The notes beneath the pieces are model-generated. The model saw only the letters and a list, made by a program, of their open reading frames with translations, made no database searches and was not told the origin of the DNA. Below are positions 52,114 to 62,922 of a stretch of 64,000 bases of DNA, piece after piece. The stretch's first letter is position 1. Each line of letters opens with the position of its first letter. The translations under genes were made by a program, and so were the position numbers. Source of the stretch: Macrostomum lignano (Eukaryota); contig NIVC01001190.1 of the NCBI GenBank assembly GCA_002269645.1, positions 248,001-312,000 on the forward strand, read 5' to 3'.

Positions 52114-52547
52114 AAATTTCTTTGCAAAAAACAAAGTGCTCTCTAGTGCTCTTCATAGAAATCCGAAGTCAATTAATGCCCACCAATGGATGCGTGATAC
52201 ATACACATGACTTATTAACTGCAGACAGTAAGTGGACTAACTGCAGAAATAGAGCAGAATTTTCAGTTACAGAACTGGCCTTGTCTTCCGCTTTGCAAAC
52301 AAACTCTGTTTCAGAGCAGCACTGCTGGACAGTCCAGAACAATGGAAGAGAAAAAGTCTCATTGGCCAACAAGTCGGTGTTAACTCAGCCCCAGTTCACT
52401 TCTGTTGATTCCTCAATCCTAGGTATGCATTGGCAACATGTCAGTCAATATCTCCTGTTTTTTAGAATCTCTATAAAACAGGAACGAAAGCGATAAGGAC
52501 TGGCTGACAGCGCTGTCTGTGCCTCCATCAGGTGCAGAGCACTCGGC

Positions 52548-53743
52548 ATGACACCATTCCTTATTGCCGTTGCTGTCGCTCTCTGCAGCGGCTCAACTGT
52601 TTGGACTCTGGACAGTGCAGCATCTGGTAAGTCAAGCTTTTTGAATGAGTGTGGAAGTACTTCAGTAGTTGTTAAGAAGGTTTAAATTCATGCGATTTGC
52701 AGTGTTTTCTCAAGAGGAAGTTGCGCACACCACACCTGCTCCGATTCACCACGAGCCCGGTCGAAGCGTTGCTGACTGCGCACTGAAATGCGAGCAGCCC
52801 ATCGTGAAGTTCTGCTCCGCCTTCGCCTTCGTGCCAGAGAAGAAGCTCTGCCTGCTCTCCGAGATACCGACTGCCGATTTTGCACCTGTCGCTCCTGGTG
52901 AACTGGTTTATCGAAAGCTTATGGCTAGTAAGTTTTTATGTCGAGCCTGTGTTCACTAATAATAAAATGAATAGCTGTGAATTCTCAAAAATTGTGAAAA
53001 TAATAAGTCGCTAAACGGTAGCTAAAATCAATCGCTTTGATTAATAAATGAATTCACTAGTTCACGCACCGCTAGACACACTTAAACATTGTTTGCTTTT
53101 TTGATATATCAGAACGAATCGTCCAAATCAACGGACTAGAATTCCAAGTGATTCAGCACAGGTCGAAGGGCGAGCTGAGCTTTGCTCGCAGCTGGACTGA
53201 GTATGAGAACGGCTTTGGAGACGATACGGACTTCTGGATTGGTGAGCAGGACACTTTAGCTTTACCAAACACTAATCGAATCAATAAAGACTTATGGATA
53301 ATTTCATTTTTTTCATTTCAGGCCTTCAAAAAATCCACGAGCTGACCGGAAGCTCGCCGAAGCTTCTGCGAGTCGAGGCCGTCACCTGGTCGGATGAGCT
53401 GTACGTCTGCGAGTACTCCGGCTTCACGGTGGCCGATGCCAGCACGAACTACACCATGACTGGCATTTCGTACCTGAGCGGCAGCTCCAACACGACTGCC
53501 GATTCGTTCACTTTTAACAGGGGGATGCAGTTCTCCACCATGGACCGGGACAACGACCAATTTGGAAATCATTGTTCCAGCAGCTTTGGAAACTCCGGTT
53601 GGTGGTTCAAAAGCTGCTCGCATACCAACCCAAACGGTATCTATTATAGCACTGCTATGACTAAAACAAATGCAATGCACTGGGCTAGTGCTACATCCGG
53701 GAATGGTGTTGCACTGAAGAGCATTCGATTGATGATCCGTTAG
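52548..53743 (+). CDS. Secreted PAN-FReD protein, family 2 gene C; exons 52548-52626, 52703-52927, 53113-53241, 53322-53743
   Basis: Signal MTPFLIAVAVALCSG; exon sizes 79/225/129/422; FReD GMQFSTMDRDND, GWWFKSC. Confidence 0.92.
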
Positions 53744-54439
53744 GTTTGATGATAATTAGCAGTCACCTACCTACGTTGAGCTGGAGCCAACTATTTTAAT
53801 AACATCAAACTGGTATCTCACGTGGCAGTTGAGCAATCCAACTCACTCAAGACTATAACCGTACGAGAAAATAAGTGTAAGTGAGCTTTAGTAGGAAACA
53901 TTACCAAGGAGCTGTAATCCATTGATGCGAGCGTTGCGGTTTACGATCGTGAAACTTTTTTGACTCTTAATATTCAAGCTTAGGCAGTAACTCAGTACGT
54001 CAGTCTAATGAAAAATTACTGATAAAATGCATTCGTTTTTTGTTCAGAAAAAGTTGTCAAGTTTCTTAAAAACAATGTATTCCTGTCTATTTCTGTGTAT
54101 CTGTGAACCTCTACACTTTGTATGACAAACGTTCCTTCTCGCTTTCTCACTTTCTCAAAAAATCACAACTGCGGTACTCAAAAAACCTTTAACCTCATAC
54201 TGAAAAAAATCTAAAAATTTAAGCTTTTCAAAAAATCTTTTGATTATTGAAAAAATCATTTTCTAACCCGTGCGTTTCTAATTCATATTCATATTTTTGC
54301 TAACCGTCCAAGACTCCGAAGTCCATAAACTGAAACTAAGTTTTTCGTTATGTAAATTTCTCTTGTTCTTAGCCTAATGTATTCCACACTGTACCACTAA
54401 TCTACCCCGCAAGTGTTTTGGTAGCAGATAATCTCAGTA

Positions 54440-54880
54440 AGTATTCTCCGCTGCCATAGCAGCACTGTCCAGATTCCCCGCTACCATAGACAGCACTCTC
54501 CATATTTTCCCCGCTGCCATAGACAGCACTCTCCATATTCTCCCCGCTGCCATAGACAGCACTCTCCATATTCCCCGCTCCCATAGACAGCACTCTCCAT
54601 ATTCTCCCCGCCGCCATAGACAGCACTCTCCATATTCTCCCCGCTGCCATAGACAGCACTCTCCATATTCTCCCCGCTGCCATATACAGCACTCTCCATA
54701 TTCCCCGCTCCCATAGACAGCACTCTCCATATTCCGAGATGCCATAGACAGCACTCTCCATATTCCGAGATGCCATGGACAGCACTCTTCATATTCCGAG
54801 ATGCCATAGACAGCAATCTCCATATTCCGAGCTGCCATAGACAGCAATCTCCATATTCCGAGCTGCCATAGACAGCACTC
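54440..54880 (+). repeat. 31-33-bp minisatellite CTCCATATT(CT)CCCCGCTGCCATAGACAGCACT
   Basis: About 14 tandem units. Confidence 0.95.
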
Positions 54881-55479
54881 CAGTCCTGGCTTGCATGGAA
54901 TACATTTTATTGATACTATTCCACTGAATCAAGAAGAGTGTCTGTGCAGAATATTCGAGGCGAAAATAAAGGACATATATCCAAGGCAAGCTTAAATTTA
55001 CTCAACTCATTATATCCCTTTTATCTGTTTTAGCTGTTCTATCTATCTGTTTTAGCTGTTCTATCATCTCAACCTACTTGCCTATATTACGTTTTTATTA
55101 CCATTCACTTTTCTTGAATGCAAGACGTTCTATAAAAATAAACTGATAAAGTCTTTAAACTTGACCTATCAACGGCATAAGCAAAATGATCTACCATCAG
55201 AGCCAAAATCTGTTTGCTGTTTGATTATTACTGTTGAGTTCCTGGCGATCAAAGACTACGAATATTTCGACTATTACGTTGCAATACAGAACCATAAATT
55301 CCGGGGTAAATATATTCAACAGCTTAACCAACCCACCTCCAACTCACACTGTCACGCGGCAAAAAAGTTAAACAATGCATTTAATGCTAGTTCAGTATCG
55401 TGTGCAGGAACCACGAGTGACTCGTCGTTGGCTCGATGGGGTTTATTTCTAGAGAGACCTTGACTGTCATTGTGTGGCA

Positions 55480-56215
55480 CAGGGGCGTTGCCATGGATTT
55501 TATGTGTGGGGACGAAGCCAAGAATTCTACATGCACAGGATTTAATTCGTAAATGCGCATTGTTTTGAGAATCGGTATCGTTAGCGCTCATTTCGGCACC
55601 GTAGGCACTTGTATTGGCGCCGCAGGCAGGCACTCATTTTGGCGCCGCAGGGAGGCACTCATTTTGGCGCCGCAGGCAGGCACTCATTTTGGCGCCGCAG
55701 GGAGGCACTCATTTTGGCGCCGCAGGCAGGCACTCATTTTGGCGCCGCAGGGAGGCACTCATTTTGGCGCCGCAGGCAGGCACTCATTTTGGCGCCGCAG
55801 GCAGGCACTCATTTTGGCGCCACAGGCAGGCACTCATTTTGGCGCCGCAGGGAGGCACTCATATTGGCGCCGCAGGGAGGCACTCATTTTGGCGCCGCAG
55901 GCAGGCACTCATTTTGGCGCCGCAGGGAGGCACTCATTTTGGCGCCGCAGGGAGGCACTCATTTTGGCGCCGCAGGGAGGCACTCATTTTGGCGCCGCAG
56001 GCAGGCACTCATATTGGCGCCGCAGGGAGGCACTCATTTTGGCGCCGCAGGCAGGCACTCATATTGGCGCCGCAGGCAGGCACTCATTTTGGCGCCGCAG
56101 GGAGGCAATCGTTTTGGCGCCGCAGGGAGGCACTCATTTTGGCGCCGCAGGCAGGCAATCGTTTTGGCGCCGCAGGGAGGCGCTCATTTTGTAGTGGGGG
56201 GGGGGGGGTCGGTGT
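55480..56215 (-). mobile_element. Second, inverted and truncated member of the 50453-51322 MITE family, with a 25-bp internal array
   Basis: Terminus CAGGGGCGTTGCCAT. The next about 130 bp are homologous (reverse complement) to 51200-51322. Array unit ACTCATTTTGGCGCCGCAGG(C/G)AGGC. The other TIR and TSD were not found. Confidence 0.8.
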
Positions 56216-57722
56216 GTCCTTAATTTTTCAGCTGTTGATTCAGCAGAATTTGTCTAAATCCGCAACTGATCTATTTTTCTGCGAGTACTGCAACACGCTC
56301 GTAGTCCATCTAAGCAATCGCTGGACTAGTAGGCCTGGACTAGCGGAGTCGACCGCGGTTAGTACGCCTATGTACGCTGCAAATATACCTGTAGCGGTTA
56401 TTTAAAACTATTTAGAGAAGACAATGGAGTTAGTGCATGAACTTCTTTAACCATAGTCTAAAAAATAATCAGAGATTCATGCCGCATTGCGCTTTGTGAA
56501 GATATCATTGATACGTGGCAGGCTGGCAACCCGCACAGCAAGCAATCTGAAGCCTGCAATCCAATGATTACTCGTAAGATGTCCTCGGTCTTTCCTCTAT
56601 TGATCTGTAGAATATTTTAAAATGTTGCGATTGTACATGCATACCACTAAAGGAAAGACTAGATTTGATTTTGTTCCATGATTTTACGGAGGCTTAAACT
56701 TTATAGAGTTCTTTTAACAAAAACTGTTAAGCCAATTTGTAGTGTTCTGTTAGTTTTATTCTCTAAATTGTTAATCGGATTTCTCCGGTCATTTAAATAC
56801 AATTAAATGCGTAGAGATGCTACACATTCTTTACGAGTACATGCAGGCATTTCCCAGTCCTAACAATGAGTTTAACTGCTCCTTTGTAATCTAATCAAAG
56901 TCAAGCGACTTTGCCAACAAACAGTCTGCAGCTAAAATAGACTACCGAGGACGGCCAAGGCATCGAGAGCTGCCCGAGAAGAAGGCCCGCTGTGTCAGCT
57001 CAAGCCAAATGGTCTCAAAGTGAGATTTGATTAAACGACCAAGTCTGCAGGGGAGTCTCCCCCGAGCACAATGGTAGCAGACCTCGGTAACAGGTCAAGA
57101 AAGGCGGACGGACTAACTGATAGTTAATTATGAGTACACTGCAGCATGCGCACATGGAAATGGCACAGTTTCCTGGAAATGACAGACCGATAATAATTAG
57201 TTAATAAGAAGCCTATCGTTTGACGACCAATATTACTCAAAAACTGCAGAAACCATTTAAAACGAGAAAAAAACCAATTGATAAACAGGAAAAACTTGTT
57301 TAACAATTAGAATTCATAACTGAATATATATAGAGAACGTATTATTTGCTTTATTAACATGTTCATATATAAAATACTTTCAGTCTGGATTTTAATCATC
57401 CAAATATGAAAGCTAAATAAATAAACATTGATATTATTAACATTTGCTCAAAATAGTTTTTAAGCGCGGAGTCAATTAACAGCCAATAGCATTATTCGTT
57501 AAGCATAGCGATTCCCCCTACTTCAAGTAGCATAGATGACGTTTCATACGAAATTAGGATTATCAAAACAAAAATTACCTGGCAATCAGAAGCCATAGCG
57601 AATCAGTTCAGAAGACTTTTGGCCCAAATACTTAATTAGTCAAGACTTCAAACTTCCACTTTCCAGGGCTTGCTCCGCCCACCCAAAGAGTCGACAAGAC
57701 CCGAATTTGTTAAACTTTGCAG

Positions 57723-58148
57723 TCACCGCAACCGCGAACTGACATCCTGAAACTCCCTGTCCGCCTCCTTCTTCTTTTTAAGAAACTTCTCAGCCTTGCC
57801 CCTGTCCTTCTCCTGCAAAGCCGATTTGGCGTGCTGAGCATAGGTGGCCGACAACTGCTGCAGCACTGAGCAGTACTGCCGCTTCTCAGCCTCGCCACAG
57901 TTGGCCAGCAGCTGCTTGTGCTGGGCGAGGCGCTGCTCAAGGCCTCTGACTGCTTCGGCAGCTTTCGAGTTCGTGCCAGCGTGCGGCTTCAGCAGGCTGA
58001 TCTCGTACTGCAGCACGTAGGCGCTGCTCTCCGGCACTGAGCCCTGAGGATGGCCAGCCCGACTGCCGCCTGCTCTGCTGGCCGATGCCTGGCGGCTTGG
58101 CGGCAGCTCCTGGTTGGTGTGCTCAATTAGCAGCCACTGCTCACGGAC
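57723..58148 (-). CDS. CC2D1: Terminal exon of a probable CC2D1A/B (lethal giant discs) homolog
   Basis: Acceptor CTCTTCCTTCAG|GTC. VREQWLLIE resembles the ERWLVID that follows the C2 domain in CC2D1A, and the helical tail (S..VLQYE...EKRQY..L...YAQHAK...KAEKFLKKKKEADREF) resembles its C-terminus as I recall it. Upstream exons lie outside the window. Confidence 0.65.
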   Translation of the reverse strand, partial: VREQWLLIEHTNQELPPSRQASASRAGGSRAGHPQGSVPESSAYVLQYEISLLKPHAGTNSKAAEAVRGLEQRLAQHKQLLANCGEAEKRQYCSVLQQLSATYAQHAKSALQEKDRGKAEKFLKKKKEADREFQDVSSRLR

Positions 58149-58211
58149 CTGAAGGAAGAGGAGTGAGGGATGGCATAGATCTAGGGATTGTTGAGTGGCA
58201 CAATCCATGAC

Positions 58212-58460
58212 GGGGTTGTAGCCTAGTGGTTAGAGCGACTAAAAGGTTGGGAGTTCGATTCGCGACCAACTCGGAACAATCTGTGTCCTTGAGCAGTCAC
58301 TTAACTCTGCATTGCTTCAGTTCACCCAGCTGTAAAAAGTGTGTGTGGCGACCCCAGTCTTTTGGCTTTCAAAAGCGGTACGCAGCCTTCAGAAGCGCCG
58401 CGCAATAGCTGCGGCTGAGCTGTCGGTTGCACATTTGTCTATTAGGGCAGGTGTAGTCAA
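58212..58460 (+). mobile_element. tRNA-derived CORE-type SINE, copy 2 (3' tail cut off)
   Basis: A box TAGCCTAGTGGTTAGAGC, B box GAGTTCGATTC, CORE-like TGTGTCCTTGAGCAGTCACTTAACTC...CAGCTGTAAAA; shares the 3' body GGCTGAGCTGTCGGTTGCACAT with 4324-4646. Confidence 0.75.
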
Positions 58461-58499
58461 AGTAGAAGGCATGAGGGGGCTTTTGGGACAAAATTTTTC

Positions 58500-58730
58500 A
58501 CATCCTCCATAATTCCATTAAATCCATCTATATTATCCCCGACAGAATCAGAAAAAAAGGAGGGTCGCACTCGCTCACAAAACGTCCTCCATAATCCCAT
58601 TAAATCCATCCATATTATCCCTGACAGAATCAGAGCATAACAGGTGTCCTACTTGTTCCGAAAACTTCAAACATAATCCCATTATAATCCACTGACATCC
58701 ACCCATAGCATCTTCGAAACAATCAGAAAA
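58500..58730 (+). repeat. Subterminal direct repeats of the Polinton end (TCCTCCATAATYCCATTAAATCCATCYATATTATCCCYGACAGAATCAGA)
   Basis: Two clear copies (about 58501 and 58583) and a third degenerate one. Confidence 0.85.
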
Positions 58731-58972
58731 TAATCTGCATTCTTCTCCCCACATTCAATCCGCAACGTGCTACCACATCCCTAAAACTTTAAATCCCCTA
58801 ACCCAGGGTCCTTACCCATTGAAAAAAAAAATAATTTTATTATTCATTAGTAAGAATTATATATTTATTAACGGTTGCACAGCTGATAGGATATGTATTA
58901 ACTATTACAAGATTATCAAAAATGGTAGAAAAAACAGACACTATGTAGGATCTGTGTTAGAATTCTTCAACA

Positions 58973-59410
58973 ACATACAGAGCCAGCCTAGCGTTCCTTT
59001 GAGCCAGCAGCTAGATTCTCTAACGCCGTTAGAATTTTCTATGTGAAAATTTGGTGTGCCCAAGCTTATCATGCGGGAAGCTTTTCACATAGAAAATTCT
59101 AACGGCGTTAGAAAATTTCTACCCCCCCCCCTCTATTTAACCATACAGAGCCAGCCTAGCGTTCCTTTGAGCCAGCAGCTAGATTCTCTAACGCGTTAGA
59201 ATTTTCTATGTGAAAATTTGGTGTGCCCAAGCTTATCTTGCGGGAAACTTTTCACATAGAAATTTCTAACAGCGTTAGAATTTAAAACCCACCGACTGAG
59301 TTGCACACAGTACTGAGAAAATTGCTACCCTCCTCTACTTAACCAATCGGCTGTCTCCAGTTGTTGAATCTTCTCTTTGAACTTCTAACGCGTTAGAAAA
59401 ATTCTAAATG
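58973..59410. repeat. Duplicated ~170-bp unit containing nested inverted repeats
   Basis: Perfect 30-bp arms at 59020-59049 and 59082-59111; second, imperfect copy at about 59145-59285; a third TTCTAACGCGTTAGAA palindrome at about 59383. Confidence 0.9.
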
Positions 59411-59425
59411 AACTGAATTTAAAAA

Positions 59426-60103
59426 TTACACAACTTTCCACGCAGGATCACTGGCCAAAATTTCTTCTAGAAACTTCATCTTAGAGTTTAGTTCCCTAAT
59501 TGGCATTGACACCTGTCTCAAGCCTGGGTAGGTAACAGACAGTTTGTACAGACGAATGTACAAATAGCCAGTTGATTCCTGGATGTTTACATTTTTACAC
59601 AAATGGGCGAACCGCACTTTAACATCTTGTCCAAAGTTCTCGGTGCGATAAGTTTTTAGCAGCCGCCCAACTTCGAGAATCCAATGTAGACCTCCAATTT
59701 GAGTCTTCTTGTATTTTGCTAGAGCCGCCTTCACCCTAGTGATGATGTTCTGCTCGCCAGATGGAAGCTGGTGATCAACAGCGTCCATCAGCTGATCAGC
59801 TAGTGTTACGCGGGATGCGTACAACTTCTCCCTGAATATCTGCAGATCCGCCATCTTCTTCTGCAGAGCCGCCGCCTTCTTCTCTTCGCTACTCACATTT
59901 TGCGCTTCATTCGCTGCGGCGATATCATCAGGGGCCATGGCGAAAAACTCGATTGGTAGGTCGCCAGTTTCTAGACCGAAAAAGGTGGTTAGTTCCTCTC
60001 TTCTTCTTGCTTGTAGATGTGACGGAATATCCTGTAAAACTCTTTGTAGCATGGCACAAAGGCCTTGCTTATCTGTCAAATGAAGATTCCACTCGACTTC
60101 CAT
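59426..60103 (-). CDS. Polinton-associated hypothetical protein (225 aa)
   Basis: Clean ATG-to-stop ORF with an AAAATG start context, inside the element; coiled-coil middle and helical C-terminus. Confidence 0.75.
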   Translation of the reverse strand: MEVEWNLHLTDKQGLCAMLQRVLQDIPSHLQARRREELTTFFGLETGDLPIEFFAMAPDDIAAANEAQNVSSEEKKAAALQKKMADLQIFREKLYASRVTLADQLMDAVDHQLPSGEQNIITRVKAALAKYKKTQIGGLHWILEVGRLLKTYRTENFGQDVKVRFAHLCKNVNIQESTGYLYIRLYKLSVTYPGLRQVSMPIRELNSKMKFLEEILASDPAWKVV

Positions 60104-60974
60104 TTTCTAAATCTTCTTGTCTTCTAATCTTCTAGTTTGGCGGACAATTTCTTAGATCACTTTCAGCGTGCTAAGTTCCTGCAGTCGTCGTTTCTCAGTC
60201 GCAGTTGATGGCATATGCGGGGAGAATCAACCCGAGTGTTTCTGCATTTGCTTAAATACAGCTATACAGCTAGAAAATTCCAGAAAATTCTAGACTGTAC
60301 AATCTTGGAGTCAAGCAGGGAAAAAATAATCGATATAGCTCAGTGAACGATAGAACATGAGGCGTGTGAATGTGAGGGTGAGCGATCGATTCCCTCCACC
60401 CGCTTGAAGTCCCCATACATTTCCTTGGTTGATTGGGTTTGTCAAAGCGGAAAGGAAAGCACGCGTGGAACTTGTACATTCGCAAAATCGATTAGAGGGC
60501 TGCGCTCCCTCAGCAAATAGCAGTTACCCCACCCCCCTTCTGCTTCTACTTTTCAAAATGCAGCTGTTGCGCTTGGTTAGGGCTGAGAATAATAGTTAAC
60601 CCTTTTTCCGACTCAAGCGCCTCTCTCTACCCCGCCCCATATCTTCATACCGTAGAGACCAACTAGGCGGGCCACATTCCGAGGCCAAATCGGCGGGCCG
60701 AGGCCAACTCGGCGGGCCAACTGGCCTCGCAATTTGGCCAATAATCAATATCAATCAAGGAGGGAATCTCAATATACACAGTCCATGCATGCTAATGGCG
60801 GCGAAGCGGTTGACTTTTTATTTTCTGCTCTTAGCTCTCTGGAGAATGAGAATCTCTCTTGTGCGCAACTCTTTAGGGAATAAAAAACTGTACTTACTCA
60901 AATCAACACTTGCTCATGCCCTTCCCGATTCAAGCGCCCCTTTCTACCCCCAGCTCTTTCAGCAGTCTTCCCAA

Positions 60975-61430
60975 TTAATTGTTAGGAGCGCACAAAATAA
61001 ACTCTGCTCCCGTGCGTTCGCCCTCTCTCCCCGTGCACTCGCCCTCTCTCCCCAAACACCCGCCCTCGGCGTACACCCCCAACCCCAGTTTTGTCTTACT
61101 AAAAATAACAGCTTTAACTAGCTTCCGAGCGATCGACTCACGAAATCCGCTTGAAATCCCCATATTGTCGAGTCTCCTGAGCATTTCTTTGTCCCAGCGA
61201 TTCTTCTCCTCAGGAAAATCTCTATATTTAACGTCATGCCACATGCAGACAGAGTCTAGCTCGTTCACAGGCTCATGCCCAGGATGTGGATTATTGTTTT
61301 TATCTAACTGTATTTCAAGTGGATTCAAAGGCCCGCAATATTTATAGCCGGGAAGTGTCCAGCCTTTGTTTGGATGAGGAAGCTTTTCTATCAGTCCATG
61401 TGAATCTATTTTACCACCAGAGCGCTGCAT
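60975..61430 (-). CDS. Parvovirus-like phospholipase A2 (adintovirus PLA2-type), 151 aa from MQRSGG
   Basis: Ca-binding loop PGYKYCGP, catalytic LDSVCMWHDVKY and later DKEML...KLGLG, as in parvoviral VP1u PLA2. Confidence 0.9.
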   Translation of the reverse strand: MQRSGGKIDSHGLIEKLPHPNKGWTLPGYKYCGPLNPLEIQLDKNNNPHPGHEPVNELDSVCMWHDVKYRDFPEEKNRWDKEMLRRLDNMGISSGFRESIARKLVKAVIFSKTKLGLGVYAEGGCLGREGECTGREGERTGAEFILCAPNN

Positions 61431-61460
61431 TATTTTATTTAAAATTTTCTTTTTAAATAA

Positions 61461-62498
61461 ATGACAGATCAGAAACTTAAAAAACTCTACTACAGCGACA
61501 AAGGATTCTTTGTAGGCAAAAATGCCGTTAGTAAACTCATGGAGCTGAGTAAGGAGCCAAAAGCTACAGTAGAAAAATGGCTCTCTAAGCAGGCTGTCTT
61601 TCAAGTCTATTTCCCACCAGTAAAATTTGAAAGGCCCCATTTCAGTATTTATAAACCTAATGAAGCGCACCAAGCAGATCTTTTGTTTCTCCCCAACGAC
61701 TCAGGCTACAAGTATGCTCTTACAATTATTGACATTGCTTCCAGATATAAGGAAGCTCGCCCACTCAAGACGAAGAAGTCAGAGGTTGTTGCCAGCGCAC
61801 TGCAAGATATTTATAAAAACTCTCCGCTCACATACCCCCAAATCTTTATGACCGACCCGGGTAAGGAATTCATGGGTGTAGTGAAATCCCTTATGGAAAA
61901 GAAAAACACAGAGATTCGCTATGGCAGAACAAACTTGCACAGAGACCAGGCTTTTGTGGAAAGATTCAATCTAACTCTAGCCAAGAGACTATTCACTAAG
62001 CAGACAGCGCAAGAACTCAAACTGAGTGCGGGGCAGTACTATACCAAGTGGACAGAAAGACTCCCCACTGTTATAGAGCAACTGAACAATGAAGTCACAC
62101 GCATGACTGGATTGAAACCGTCCCATGCAATTAAACAAGACACTGTCGAACTTAAGGCATCTCATAGAACAGACAACAACACGACAACCCCACACAACAC
62201 ACACAACACAAAACACACCTCGAACTACCCTAAGCTTCCAGGAGTTGAATCACCATACATACTGACAAACTCTGAGTTTCTACGCTTTTTATATCTACCT
62301 GGAGAGCTAGAGAAAGACACCAAAAGAAGAGCTACAGATCCATACTTCAGCCTTGATGTGCATAAAATAGACAGACATTTTACCTCCGACTCCGGTGACT
62401 ATTACTTTTTATCTCAAGCCTTTAACCCTAAATCCCCCACGCGGTCATTCACTAGAGCTGAACTCCTAGTGATACCAGCTGACACAGAAATTAATTAA
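61461..62498 (+). CDS. Retroviral-like DDE integrase of Polinton type (345 aa)
   Basis: HQADL...LTIIDIASRY, TDPGKEF and VERFNLTL give the D-D-E triad; open frame. Confidence 0.93.
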   Translation: MTDQKLKKLYYSDKGFFVGKNAVSKLMELSKEPKATVEKWLSKQAVFQVYFPPVKFERPHFSIYKPNEAHQADLLFLPNDSGYKYALTIIDIASRYKEARPLKTKKSEVVASALQDIYKNSPLTYPQIFMTDPGKEFMGVVKSLMEKKNTEIRYGRTNLHRDQAFVERFNLTLAKRLFTKQTAQELKLSAGQYYTKWTERLPTVIEQLNNEVTRMTGLKPSHAIKQDTVELKASHRTDNNTTTPHNTHNTKHTSNYPKLPGVESPYILTNSEFLRFLYLPGELEKDTKRRATDPYFSLDVHKIDRHFTSDSGDYYFLSQAFNPKSPTRSFTRAELLVIPADTEIN

Positions 62499-62514
62499 AA
62501 TATTAAAATAAAAA

Positions 62515-62922
62515 ATGACAAAGATTGAAACCAGAACCATCAATAAACTCAATAAAATCATTGAATCAAAGAAACCAGGTCTTATATCAATTAAAGGTGC
62601 CAAAGTAAAAGTCGATCCCGTGCAGCAAATAGTTCAGTGTAATGAGCAAAGACACAGCATCACAGATGAAAAGTCAGGAGGAATCCTACCATTAGCAGCT
62701 CTTATCCCAATCATTGCAGGCGCTGTAAGTGCCGCAGGTGGTGTAGCTGGAGGTGTAGCAACTGCTGTTAAAGCTGGGAATGATAGGGCTCACCAGCTAG
62801 AATTGCAAAAGATTGCAAGAGACAAAGGTATAACAATTAAGGCAGGAGAGGGCTGCCCCGATCGTGATGATTGTGAGAATGAAAATTCTATAAGCAAGTC
62901 TGACATTGTCAAAGCATCATGA
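62515..62922 (+). CDS. Adenovirus pX-like core/membrane protein
   Basis: GGILPLAALIPIIAGAVSAAGGVAGGVATAV resembles the adenovirus pX C-terminus GGILPLLIPLIAAAIGAVPGIASVA. Confidence 0.7.
   Translation: MTKIETRTINKLNKIIESKKPGLISIKGAKVKVDPVQQIVQCNEQRHSITDEKSGGILPLAALIPIIAGAVSAAGGVAGGVATAVKAGNDRAHQLELQKIARDKGITIKAGEGCPDRDDCENENSISKSDIVKAS

Noticed and set aside
36933-56405. ORFs over the 30/31-, 24-, 23-, 21-, 31-33- and 25-bp arrays (e.g. MSACGAK, ALILAPQ)
   Set aside because: Repeat-derived, open in multiple frames, two of them inside MITEs; no coding signal.
60975-61673. 232-aa version of the PLA2 ORF from the track
   Set aside because: The upstream 81 codons are the antisense of the integrase start; the credible start is the ATG at 61430.
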